Virus record (IMG/VR): IMGVR_UViG_3300050821_003907
Coordinates: 1-64,000 of that record
Origin: a virus
Reading direction: 5' to 3' (one strand)
Length of the DNA stretch: 64,000 nucleotides
Shown: in pieces, positions 14,899 to 23,552 of the stretch
Numbering within the stretch: the stretch's first letter is position 1
Layout: each line of letters opens with the position of its first letter
Notes under the pieces: model-generated
Told to the model about the DNA's origin: nothing
Database searches by the model: none
Seen by the model: only the letters and a program-made list of their open reading frames with translations
Made by a program: the position numbers and the translations under genes

Positions 14899-15722
14899 AG
14901 CTAATCCAGCAATTTTTCCGGTGGTTGCTAAGGCAGGTGCCTTTTTTCAGGCGAAAAGGTTATGGGATTAGCCTGCTGATGCCATTCAGGTCAGACGGTG
15001 CAGAACGTGAAGCCGCTTATCAGTGGCTAGTTAAGTACTGGAAAGCGCATTTGCCGTTCGCGCAGTTCATTACAGGTACTGATGACCAGGTTCCCTTTAG
15101 TAAGACTAGCGCTTTTAATGACGCGTTTAGCCGGTCAAAGGGTGACATTCTTGTCCTTATTGACGCTGACTGCTATATCGACGCTCAGATTGTGGTTAAC
15201 TGCGCGGAGGAAATTCGCACGGCGCGCAAGGCAGGCCATAAGCTCTGGCATATTCCGTATCGTCAGTTCTACCGGCTTACTGACCTAGCCACTAGCCATG
15301 TTCTGGCGTCCAACCCCGCACACCCACTCCGGTTTTCAGCTTCTCCCAACCCTCGCGATACAGAAGACACGGGAAGTTCCAGTTTTGGTCACTGGTGGGG
15401 CGCGCTCATCCAGGTGATGCCTCGCGAAGCTTATGAACTTGTTGGTGGCTGTGACCCTCGTTTTCGCGGCTGGGGTGGTGAGGATGTCGCTTTCATGAGG
15501 GCTATTGACACGCTGTACGGTAAGCATAAGACTACTGATAATCAGGTTATTCATCTCTGGCATCCCACAATCAAGACCGTTCACAAGCTTAAGTTGTGGG
15601 ATGGCCAGATTAGCCCACAGGATAATGTGACGCTCACCGGCCGGTACTACGCAGCTTTCGGAGACCCCCGTCGCATGCGACGGCTAGTTAACGAATACCA
15701 AGACGGTGAGCGTCCCAAGTAG
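14895..15722 (+). CDS. Glycosyltransferase (GT2/GT7-like)
   Basis: LMPFR, AFNDA, DADC (DxD), GGCDPRFRGWGGED motifs. Confidence 0.85.
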   Translation: MKLIQQFFRWLLRQVPFFRRKGYGISLLMPFRSDGAEREAAYQWLVKYWKAHLPFAQFITGTDDQVPFSKTSAFNDAFSRSKGDILVLIDADCYIDAQIVVNCAEEIRTARKAGHKLWHIPYRQFYRLTDLATSHVLASNPAHPLRFSASPNPRDTEDTGSSSFGHWWGALIQVMPREAYELVGGCDPRFRGWGGEDVAFMRAIDTLYGKHKTTDNQVIHLWHPTIKTVHKLKLWDGQISPQDNVTLTGRYYAAFGDPRRMRRLVNEYQDGERPK

Positions 15723-15727
15723 GGCTG

Positions 15728-16240
15728 CTAGTACAGGACGCCGCCGACTAGCTTGTGCAGTTGGGTGATGGTGATGTCGAAGCCGTCAAGAGTGTCATAC
15801 GGTGCCTTGCTGTCACCCAGTGCCATGAGCTGCATGGGGAACGAGCCGGGCGCGGAGAATCCTAGCGTCCACTCACCGATGTAGTCGCCATTCTCATTAG
15901 GCGTAGTAGCGATGGTCAGGGGGTCGCAGTCGCCCCAGGCATATCCAGCCGGGTCCTGAACCGGCTCAATGCCCGTACCGGGAGCGATGCGCACGTTGAT
16001 GGTGCCGTGATATGAAGTGAACTGATAAGCAGCGCGAACCAGGTACGTACCCGGAACTACGTGAAGGGTGTAGCCATTCGGGTCCAGGGTTATGTCAGAA
16101 CCGACATTGCCGCCCCAGTTCATGTAAGCGCCAGTGTCCTTGCCAACGGTTAGCCAGGTGCCATTCGGCATGGGAGTGCCGCTGGTGGGCATGAGCCAGC
16201 GTGCGCGGGACTTAGCAACGGGGCCTGTGGGTGTAGTCAT
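15728..16240 (-). CDS. Hypothetical beta-rich protein
   Basis: ORF with AAGGA RBS. Confidence 0.6.
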   Translation of the reverse strand: MTTPTGPVAKSRARWLMPTSGTPMPNGTWLTVGKDTGAYMNWGGNVGSDITLDPNGYTLHVVPGTYLVRAAYQFTSYHGTINVRIAPGTGIEPVQDPAGYAWGDCDPLTIATTPNENGDYIGEWTLGFSAPGSFPMQLMALGDSKAPYDTLDGFDITITQLHKLVGGVLY

Positions 16241-16381
16241 TGCTCAATTTCCTTACTGCGAGTGTTTGAGATATCACTGTAAGGATACCGTTAATGGCGT
16301 TGTCCGATGCACGGTAAAATACGACTTTCCGCAATTAGTCGCTATACTCGGGAGGGTGAACCCTTAGCGAGAGGCGGCAGA

Positions 16382-18520
16382 ATGACGAACAATATAACTG
16401 TCATCTGTGACCTTCACAACGGCGATGGAAGCTATAACAGCTCAGGTGGTTACCTCTACTTCACGCCTAATGAAGTACTTACGGATTCGTCTAGTCACGC
16501 ACTACTATCGGCAGTCCCTATTGGCGCGCACTTCACTGGCGGCTCTGACCCTAGCGTATCTCTTGCGGCTACAGACAACACTAATATTCTTCCATCAGGC
16601 TGGACTTGGGTAGCAACTTCTAGTGCTAACCTGCAAGGTGCCCCCAGCTCTTTTTCGTTTTACCTGCCCGCAGGACCCGCCTCATTTACGGCACCTATGT
16701 CCACGCCAGCACAATTCGCCTGGACGCCTACTACCGAGCTGACAACATTGCCTAACGGTACAGGTATTCAGCTAACTGGAGGGTCACTACCGGGTGGATT
16801 CAGCGTCGCTACTACTTACTACGTAGTGCAGGCGTGGGGTACAGCATTCGGCCTTTCCACCATCCAGGGTGGTCCGGCTATAATCGCCACAAGTTCTGGT
16901 TCAGGCACACTGACTGTGGTAAGCATGCACATGTCGGCGCTGGCCAAGCTGGCACCTCCTTCCCCCTCCCTGGCTTACTTGCCTACGCTTACAGCTAACA
17001 GCACCGTGACGTCATCGGGTGCCCTTGTTGCTAACGTGCTTACCGAAGCGGACGCCACCAGTGGCGCGCTGACGATGACTTTTCCCGTTACCACGATTAA
17101 CGGAACGCTAGTTAATGTCGAGAAGTATGACAGCAGTGCAAACTCTGTTACTCTTTCAGGCAGTATTCGCGGTCAGGCATCTTCCAGCTACTCGCTAACT
17201 AATCAGTATCAGGCTGTTACGCTGATTTACTTTAACGGTTCCTGGTGGCCGGTTGCCTCAGGCGGCAGTACTAGCGGGTCTAGCGCAGTTTTCGCGCCTA
17301 CAGGACTGACTGGCGCTACTACGGCAAGCAGGTACGTAGGCGCAACCGCTAGCGGTGCGCCCGGTTCAGGCACGTTCGTAAAGGGCGACTTCATTGTTGA
17401 CCAGACGGGCGCTTTCTGGGTATGCACTACAGCAGGCTCACCTGGTACCTGGACAGAAGTAGTGACTCCGGGAGCCGCAGCAGATTATGCTCCTACGGGA
17501 TTGACTGGTGCTACATCGGCCAGCAGGTACGTAGGAGCTACTGCGAGTGGAGCACCCGGCTCGGGTACGTTCGTAACCGGAGACTTCGTTATAGACCAGA
17601 CTGGCGCGTTTTGGATATGCACCACAGGAGGTTCGCCGGGAACGTGGACAGAAGTAGTTACTGGTAAAATTCCTGACATTCAATGGTTCACCACGCCAGG
17701 CACCGCTACCTGGAATAAGCCTACGGGTGCTCAGGTTGTTCAAGTAGTTGTGTGCGGCGGGGGCGGTGCCGGAGGTAGTGGCGCTATAAATACCGCAAGT
17801 ACTCCTAGTGGTGGTAATGGAGGCGCAGGTGGTGGTGTAACTCAGCGCGTATTTACAGCCGCAGACCTCACCTCTATGGTTACAGTAACCGTAGGTGCAG
17901 GCGGGACTGGCGCAGCGGCTATAACCGGAACTAGTTCTACCGTAGGTAATCCGACTGGTTCTTCTTATCCGGCAGGTGTAGGCGGTTCTTCCTCATTTGG
18001 GGCCTATACTATCGCTACGGGTGGCGGTCAAGGACACGGCGGCGGCATATCAAGTGCTAACGGTCTTGCTACGGTAATAGGCGTAGGTACCGTGCCTGGC
18101 GGTGCCGGAGCATTTAGCACTACTTCTGGTGCCGGACTTGATTCTGTTATAGCCGGAGGTCCTACTGGCGGTGGAGGAGGTGGTTACTGTAACGTAGGTA
18201 CCACTACCGCGTTTAACGGTGGTAACGGTCAATACACCGCTATGGGTTCTTCTTCAAATATCGGTACTGCGGGTACTGTAGCGGGTCCTGTATTGCCGGG
18301 TACGGGTTCGTCAACTCCTGCGAAGGGCACGCCAGGCTGCGGTGGAGGTGGCGGCGCAGGTGCTTATGGCGCAGGTGTTACTGCTCAAACCGGAGCCACA
18401 CCTTATTTCGGTGGAGGTGGCGGAGGCGGTGGTGCGGCTGGCGGTTCGGGTACACTTACATCAGGGGCCGGTGGCAGTGGTGGTTCTGGTTTCGTGCTCG
18501 TGATAAGTTACTTCCAGTAA
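16382..18520 (+). CDS. Ser/Thr/Gly-rich fibre-like protein with C-terminal glycine-rich domain
   Basis: Composition; WFTTPGTATWNKP...VVCGGGGAGG glycine-rich tail-fibre pattern; internal duplication. Confidence 0.7.
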   Translation: MTNNITVICDLHNGDGSYNSSGGYLYFTPNEVLTDSSSHALLSAVPIGAHFTGGSDPSVSLAATDNTNILPSGWTWVATSSANLQGAPSSFSFYLPAGPASFTAPMSTPAQFAWTPTTELTTLPNGTGIQLTGGSLPGGFSVATTYYVVQAWGTAFGLSTIQGGPAIIATSSGSGTLTVVSMHMSALAKLAPPSPSLAYLPTLTANSTVTSSGALVANVLTEADATSGALTMTFPVTTINGTLVNVEKYDSSANSVTLSGSIRGQASSSYSLTNQYQAVTLIYFNGSWWPVASGGSTSGSSAVFAPTGLTGATTASRYVGATASGAPGSGTFVKGDFIVDQTGAFWVCTTAGSPGTWTEVVTPGAAADYAPTGLTGATSASRYVGATASGAPGSGTFVTGDFVIDQTGAFWICTTGGSPGTWTEVVTGKIPDIQWFTTPGTATWNKPTGAQVVQVVVCGGGGAGGSGAINTASTPSGGNGGAGGGVTQRVFTAADLTSMVTVTVGAGGTGAAAITGTSSTVGNPTGSSYPAGVGGSSSFGAYTIATGGGQGHGGGISSANGLATVIGVGTVPGGAGAFSTTSGAGLDSVIAGGPTGGGGGGYCNVGTTTAFNGGNGQYTAMGSSSNIGTAGTVAGPVLPGTGSSTPAKGTPGCGGGGGAGAYGAGVTAQTGATPYFGGGGGGGGAAGGSGTLTSGAGGSGGSGFVLVISYFQ
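17291..17665 (+). repeat. Tandem 195 bp (65 aa) intragenic duplication
   Basis: APTGLTGAT(T/S)ASRYVGATASGAPGSGTFV.GDF..DQTGAFW.CTT.GSPGTWTEVVT twice. Confidence 0.9.
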
Positions 18521-18539
18521 ACGAACGATAGGAATAGTC

Positions 18540-18995
18540 ATGACTACTCTTCAGGTTAGCCTCGGCCTTAGTGTCGCCGATGTCAGTCCTACAGCTGATG
18601 AAACAGTTACCGTTATTTCATTCGACCCGCAGACCAGCACTCCCGGTGATTCTTCGTCAGTTCCTTGCGTTAGCTTTAACGTTGCCGGAGATTATGCAGC
18701 AGCCGGGTCAGGAACTGCTACTACAGGCACGCTAACAGTGCTGGGTGAAGCTATTGACGTATCTCAGTCCGCTTCAGGACTAGCGTATACTTTCGTCGGT
18801 TCAGGTCACGCATACCTGCACACGGATGGTTACTGGCGAGGTTCCGTAGTATTCACTATCACCTACTCAAGTGGCGTAATCTACACCAAGGTATACCCGA
18901 TAGTAACTAACGCCGCACCGCCGCTGACAGTGACGCTGTATTCCACTAGCTCTTCACCGGTGGTTTCTGGCGCTAACATCACGCGCCTTACGTAA
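18540..18995 (+). CDS. Hypothetical protein, paralog of 43430-43887
   Basis: Shared SPTADETVT, AYLHTDGYW.GSVVFT, ANITRLT. Confidence 0.75.
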   Translation: MTTLQVSLGLSVADVSPTADETVTVISFDPQTSTPGDSSSVPCVSFNVAGDYAAAGSGTATTGTLTVLGEAIDVSQSASGLAYTFVGSGHAYLHTDGYWRGSVVFTITYSSGVIYTKVYPIVTNAAPPLTVTLYSTSSSPVVSGANITRLT

Positions 18996-18996
18996 G

Positions 18997-19075
18997 TGGA
19001 GCCGTGGGGAATCGAACCCCAGTCCTGCCTCCGGCCGCGTGCGGATTTAAGAGACAGTCGAACCCTTCCGGCCCC
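18997..19075 (-). ncRNA. Mini-tmRNA: tRNA-like domain only, no tag reading frame
   Basis: GGGGCCG/CGGCTCC-A with G3.U70; D-loop GAAGGGTTCGAC; P2 TGTCTC/GAGGCA; GGAC-TGGGG-TTCGATT-CCCCA. Confidence 0.8.
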
Positions 19076-19088
19076 GCACCTTAGTTTA

Positions 19089-19655
19089 TCACAACCGGTG
19101 CACTGTAAACGAAGTGGGCGAGTCCTTGACGATGGACGTTCCAGCGAACGGAAACTTATAAAGCTGCTGGAACGTCCCGGATGCGTGGGAGAAGGATGCC
19201 GCCGTGAATCCTGGCAGCGGTTGCCCAAAAGCCTCTGCAATTGCTTCTCCGCTATTCTCATGAGAACCGTACTCCGCATGTACGGTGTCGGTCCAGTGAC
19301 GCGTAAGGTCGAATACCTGGAGAACGTAGTCGTCACCTGTGTGCGCTACGTAGAACTTCATGTGGTCACCGGCTTTTACGGTACCTGGAAGAGCATGAGC
19401 CTCAGCAGGCCACATCTCATACCAAGGACTGCACCCGCCGAAACCATTCAGTTCGCCACACTCAAGGCCGTCTTGCTGGATGCCGGGGTTGCCCTTGCCG
19501 AAGCCAGCCCAGAACGCTACAGCGCCGTTTGGGGGCCGTACAGTAGGCACTGTGAACTCAGCGAAAACCTTGGACGTGCTGACAGGCCAGGAGTAGCCCT
19601 CCCAGCCTGTCGGATTGAACATGCTTGCTGTTAGTGCTAGTCCGGGAATAATCAT
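19089..19655 (-). CDS. G1-family glutamic peptidase (eqolisin-like)
   Basis: GWEGYS, FWAGFG..IQQDG, PWYEMWP, SGEAIAE match G1 motifs with catalytic Gln/Glu; TATACT-N6-ATG. Confidence 0.75.
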   Translation of the reverse strand: MIIPGLALTASMFNPTGWEGYSWPVSTSKVFAEFTVPTVRPPNGAVAFWAGFGKGNPGIQQDGLECGELNGFGGCSPWYEMWPAEAHALPGTVKAGDHMKFYVAHTGDDYVLQVFDLTRHWTDTVHAEYGSHENSGEAIAEAFGQPLPGFTAASFSHASGTFQQLYKFPFAGTSIVKDSPTSFTVHRL

Positions 19656-20083
19656 GTAACCAGTATATGACCTAGCGTAATCAGCTCGGGAAGAACGTAA
19701 TCGCTAAGGCATGAAGTATTCCAGTACTTCATGAAGTCCCCGAACGCCCAAACGGGCAGTCCCAGCGCCTGGTGGCAGGCTATCTCAGATTTAGTGCCCA
19801 TTGAGCGGGGCCAGTCAGGGCCTACAACGCACCCATCGCTGTTAGCGGCAATCCAAGCCCAGTCCAGTCCTAGAGTTCGCCTGCGGTCGAATCCGCGCGC
19901 TATAGCCTCATCCTCGTTACCCGCAAGGCCCTTGGCATCGAAGCCATACTTACGGTCCTCTTCAGCGGGGTTAAACACGTCCGTAACTAGCGGGATGCTG
20001 CGCAACGAAGCTGCGGCGGCGTCAAACCACGGGAAGTTAAACTCCGGAAGCCCTGCCATTTTATTGGCTAGATACATGCGCAT
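19652..20083 (-). CDS. DUF4406 / nucleoside deoxyribosyltransferase-like protein
   Basis: YLANKMAGLPEFNFPWFD, VFNPAE, W..S.G...E motifs. Confidence 0.75.
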   Translation of the reverse strand: MRMYLANKMAGLPEFNFPWFDAAAASLRSIPLVTDVFNPAEEDRKYGFDAKGLAGNEDEAIARGFDRRRTLGLDWAWIAANSDGCVVGPDWPRSMGTKSEIACHQALGLPVWAFGDFMKYWNTSCLSDYVLPELITLGHILVT

Positions 20084-20085
20084 CG

Positions 20086-20508
20086 TTACTTAACCTCAAT
20101 AAGGCCGTTGGGGTGAATGACGAACACGGGGTGCTTCGCTGCCTTCCCGTACCGGATAGTTGTCCAAGTACCAGAACGCATTTGTTCTTGCGGTTGTTCC
20201 GGCGTGGCCACCAGCAGCCACGTAGCCCTGACGATGGCCATGTTCCGCTTCAGGTAAGGCTCAGGCGGACGCACGACACCAGATAGCCGGATGGCTTCCG
20301 CAGATATTAGCTTGTCATCGTCAGGTGGGTACGCTATTACACCTTCAGGCGGAAGGAAGTAGCGTATGGCGATAACGGCTTGCTCGTCAGCGCCAATACA
20401 GGCACCATGATGAAACCTAGCTGGCGCTATAGCCTGAACTATGCGTTGAAAGGTTTGCATCTGGTCTAGAGTCATGCCGTTACGACTGCCGGTGAATCCT
20501 AGGTTCAC
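20086..20508 (-). CDS. SLOG-superfamily protein
   Basis: GFTGSR, HHGACIGAD, YLKRN, SGTWTTIRY motifs. Confidence 0.7.
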   Translation of the reverse strand: MNLGFTGSRNGMTLDQMQTFQRIVQAIAPARFHHGACIGADEQAVIAIRYFLPPEGVIAYPPDDDKLISAEAIRLSGVVRPPEPYLKRNMAIVRATWLLVATPEQPQEQMRSGTWTTIRYGKAAKHPVFVIHPNGLIEVK

Positions 20509-20686
20509 TTAACCTTCTTAGCCACGTTGAGGATTCTCTGGGCTTCGTGCCGTAGTGTCACGCTAGACGATGTGCGAACTACGAAATCAAGGTGCTCCCT
20601 GGCAGCTTCTCGCTCTACATGAGACCCTGTACGCATTAGTTCTGCTGCGTAACGCAGCTTCTCAAACTCTTCTTTCATTGCCATGA

Positions 20687-21277
20687 CTACTCCTTGCAGT
20701 TACATGCACCTGGCTTGTAGTTGTTCTTGGACGCACAGAAAGCGTCATGACGGGTACGCTCCCAGTGCTCTGTGGCGGGATTGAACCACCAATTGTGCAG
20801 TGAAGGAGCCAGAAGTCCTGTAGCTATGTCTGATTGAGCTGCATAGGCATCCATCATCTTGTTATAGGCTTCCTCTACCGTTTCAGTTTCTGGCAAGGGA
20901 AACTCCTGAGGCGCTTCTTTTTGCTTAGCCTTGATGTTACGCCGCGTCAGGTCAATGGCTATCGCATTCCACATCACGGCAGCGCCATGGTCTTCACCAT
21001 CCTCCACTACCATGAGAAACTTGAAGACGTGACGCAAGAACGCATCCTCATGATGCGCTAGGGATTCCTCGGTAGAAGACTTCTCGTGATTCCTGGCTCC
21101 GTACTTCTCAGCTCCGCGTGCATACAGCGCTGCCAAGCGTGTAATCATTTGTTCCTCATAGGGAACCCCTTTAGGGAACATAAGCGAGAACATCGGCTTG
21201 CCTGTGGTGTCGTCTCGACGCATGCCATCTTCATACTCGCTCATGGAGCCAGAATCGTGAGTTACGTAATCAGGCAT
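20687..21277 (-). CDS. dATP/dGTP diphosphohydrolase-domain protein (DUF5664-like)
   Basis: GKPMFSL, GAEKYGARN.EK, AFLRH, EDHGAAVMWN motifs. Confidence 0.75.
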   Translation of the reverse strand: MPDYVTHDSGSMSEYEDGMRRDDTTGKPMFSLMFPKGVPYEEQMITRLAALYARGAEKYGARNHEKSSTEESLAHHEDAFLRHVFKFLMVVEDGEDHGAAVMWNAIAIDLTRRNIKAKQKEAPQEFPLPETETVEEAYNKMMDAYAAQSDIATGLLAPSLHNWWFNPATEHWERTRHDAFCASKNNYKPGACNCKE

Positions 21278-21779
21278 CCTTCACCAGCTTAAGTTCCGCA
21301 CCTTCATCAAGGTAGCCCCACGAATATTTCATGATTGCGTCTGGCGCATAAGGCGTAATGCGCCCTTTATGCAAAAGAAGTAGCGTGTATTTCCCTGATA
21401 GGTTCATTTGCTTAGCAGCACAATCAGCTACTGTTTGTGCTCGGTCACTGCCTGCGATTTGAACTGACGCTAGCTTCTCGGTGAAAATGTCTCCGCCTCC
21501 GGGCTTGTACTGAACATACACTGCGCGAACACCAACATCTTTGAAGCCTGTAGGAAGTTCTTGCTCTTTCTTGCGGTTATCTATCTCACGCTTAAGGTAC
21601 CACGCGGCCTTTTCCAGGTCTTGCAGGACTGCGTCAGGGTCTTTCTTTCCAGCCCTGGAGATGTACTTGACGGTGTTACCAAGGCAGAAGCTCAGCTCCC
21701 ACGCTTCAATTACCTTAATGGCTTCGTACGGATTGTCTTCGCCGCCGTAGTGGGCAGGGTGGTGCACAGATTCTGGCAT
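21270..21779 (-). CDS. DUF3310-domain protein (putative nucleotide kinase)
   Basis: VHHPAHY, FCLGNTVKYISRAGKK, DLEKAAWYL motifs. Confidence 0.85.
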   Translation of the reverse strand: MPESVHHPAHYGGEDNPYEAIKVIEAWELSFCLGNTVKYISRAGKKDPDAVLQDLEKAAWYLKREIDNRKKEQELPTGFKDVGVRAVYVQYKPGGGDIFTEKLASVQIAGSDRAQTVADCAAKQMNLSGKYTLLLLHKGRITPYAPDAIMKYSWGYLDEGAELKLVKDA

Positions 21780-22194
21780 GACTACTCCAACAACTAGAGC
21801 CTGCGGGGTATTCCGAGGGTACCATGAGCTTGTGAGTTCCTGGCGCGTGGCACACCCCTACCTCTCATGTGAGAGTTGTGGTGGTAGCATCCATGAGGGT
21901 GCATACCTCACAACGTCACCGAGCGGTGATGGCGTGCTGTGCTCTGACTGTGGAAGTGGAGAAAACTGCGTTGGTAAGTAACGGAAACCCGTTCACCATC
22001 ACCGTGAGCGAGCCTGAGCCGATTTACCCCCCTGTCAAGGTCATCCTGCGGCACCCGCAGAATCACCCCTGGCACCTGACGGAGGCCGATGCCTTCGAGT
22101 TGTACGACCTGCTCGGGAAGATTCTCGCGGAACGCACACGTCCCGCTCACCTGTAAACTCGTAGGGACAGTGTCCGCACTTCCCTAGGAGTAGT

Positions 22195-22539
22195 ATGACA
22201 GTCCCTCAGGAATGGCTTTCACGAGGCGTTAGCTACAACGTTAACCGTCCTGCTCAGACTATCTGGGATGACGGAATGGCTATAGGCGTGGTTCCCAGTT
22301 TCGTAGAGTGCTACCTGGAGAACGTGCCTTTCAGTGATTTCGAGAAGACGGTGTTCGAGCAAACAGGGTCAGGCAGGGTGCATGAATTCTTGCCGGACGG
22401 CTGTTACGGTGAATACCGGCTTTACACGCACTGGGGTACCGTGAACCTCGAATGGACGCGGTTGTACTTGACTGGGCACTGGATTGAAGAGTTCCTTACT
22501 GAGATAGGTAACCGGCGTGCCCGTCAAGAAGCTTTCTGA
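22195..22539 (+). CDS. Hypothetical protein
   Basis: ORF; AGGAG RBS. Confidence 0.6.
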   Translation: MTVPQEWLSRGVSYNVNRPAQTIWDDGMAIGVVPSFVECYLENVPFSDFEKTVFEQTGSGRVHEFLPDGCYGEYRLYTHWGTVNLEWTRLYLTGHWIEEFLTEIGNRRARQEAF

Positions 22540-22675
22540 CCTGGATGTGGAGCATATTCGCCTGCTTAAAAGGATTGGCTACAGTCAGGCGTCCATAGCT
22601 CGTGCCTTTAACGTGTCTGAATCCGCTATCAGCCTTATCATTAACGAGAAGGTTCACAAGAAGCGGGTGAAGTAA
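22517..22675 (+). CDS. Small helix-turn-helix protein (52 aa, not in ORF track)
   Basis: MPVKKLSDLDVEHIRLL...YSQASIARAFNVSESAISLII. Confidence 0.65.
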   Translation: MPVKKLSDLDVEHIRLLKRIGYSQASIARAFNVSESAISLIINEKVHKKRVK

Positions 22676-23098
22676 ATGGGTTCCTGGTTTGAGGCTAAGA
22701 GAGACGGAAATTGCGGTAAGTGCGGTGCGCCTGTAGTTACCGGCGAGCCTATGTACGCTGTGCGCAAAGGCATGTACGTGTGCCAGCAGTGCGGTCAGAT
22801 AGCTGAAGAACTGCCGCCTGACAGTGGTCCGATGGTTACCTCAGTGCTGTCGAACCTGGACGAGTTTCCTCCTGAAGTGCGCGAGGGTTCTCTAGCGCAG
22901 TCGATGCTGTACATGGCTCGGCAGCTAGACATGGGTGAAGTCGCCGCGCGAGACGTTGCTCCCTTCATCAAGGAAATAAGGCAGAGCTACATGCAGTTGA
23001 GGGCTTTGTACCCGCCTGCGGGCGACGAAGACGAGACCGACGTGATGGCGAAGCGCCGAGAGGAACGGTTCAGGTATGACGAAGACCGTGACCGATAG
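22676..23098 (+). CDS. Probable terminase small subunit with N-terminal Zn ribbon
   Basis: CxxC...CxxC, then MARQLD..AARDVAPFIKEIRQ..L..DE.D...RR pattern of actinophage TerS. Confidence 0.5.
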   Translation: MGSWFEAKRDGNCGKCGAPVVTGEPMYAVRKGMYVCQQCGQIAEELPPDSGPMVTSVLSNLDEFPPEVREGSLAQSMLYMARQLDMGEVAARDVAPFIKEIRQSYMQLRALYPPAGDEDETDVMAKRREERFRYDEDRDR

Positions 23099-23239
23099 TA
23101 AGCTAGAACCTGAGCCCCTCAAGACGTATTACATACTGAGCATGATTAAAGCCACTTCAATGCTGGAAGCCAGGAACCTGGCTAGCGTTATGCTGCGTGC
23201 AGGGTACGCAGACAAGATTCAGGCAATCCGGGAGGCAAA

Positions 23240-23518
23240 GTGAACACGCCAAGCAACATGATGCAGAAGTACAACGTTAGTGAGGAGTCCTGGAAGCTGG
23301 GCTTGTGGGGTCGTCGCGTCCCTGGCTTCGGTTACTACGGCGCGCTCACTCCCCCGTTCACGGGACTGCACGTAGAGGTCAACTCTGAACTCGCATACCG
23401 GATGGCGGACAACCATCCTCGACCACAGCGCGCACGAGAGCTGATGGCGGACATCGAACGCACCAACATCGGCAAGTTCCCGTGGCAAGAGGTGCGCATC
23501 GCCATGGCAGCTGCCTAG
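23240..23518 (+). CDS. Hypothetical protein
   Basis: GGAGG RBS, GTG start. Confidence 0.6.
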   Translation: MNTPSNMMQKYNVSEESWKLGLWGRRVPGFGYYGALTPPFTGLHVEVNSELAYRMADNHPRPQRARELMADIERTNIGKFPWQEVRIAMAAA

Positions 23519-23552
23519 GAATACCCGGCTCTGAAGGAGTGTTAACCTCTTC

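Noticed and set aside
18997-19075. Reading the mini-tmRNA as an attP remnant or ordinary tRNA-Ala
   Set aside because: An att copy would carry only the 3' end, whereas both ends pair perfectly here; no D-stem or anticodon arm; no integrase in the window
18996-19634. 212 aa plus-strand ORF
   Set aside because: Antisense to the G1 peptidase and mini-tmRNA; no recognisable motifs
20687-21277. Evidence for a Z-base genome
   Set aside because: No purZ or other base-synthesis gene in this window; the domain alone is insufficient
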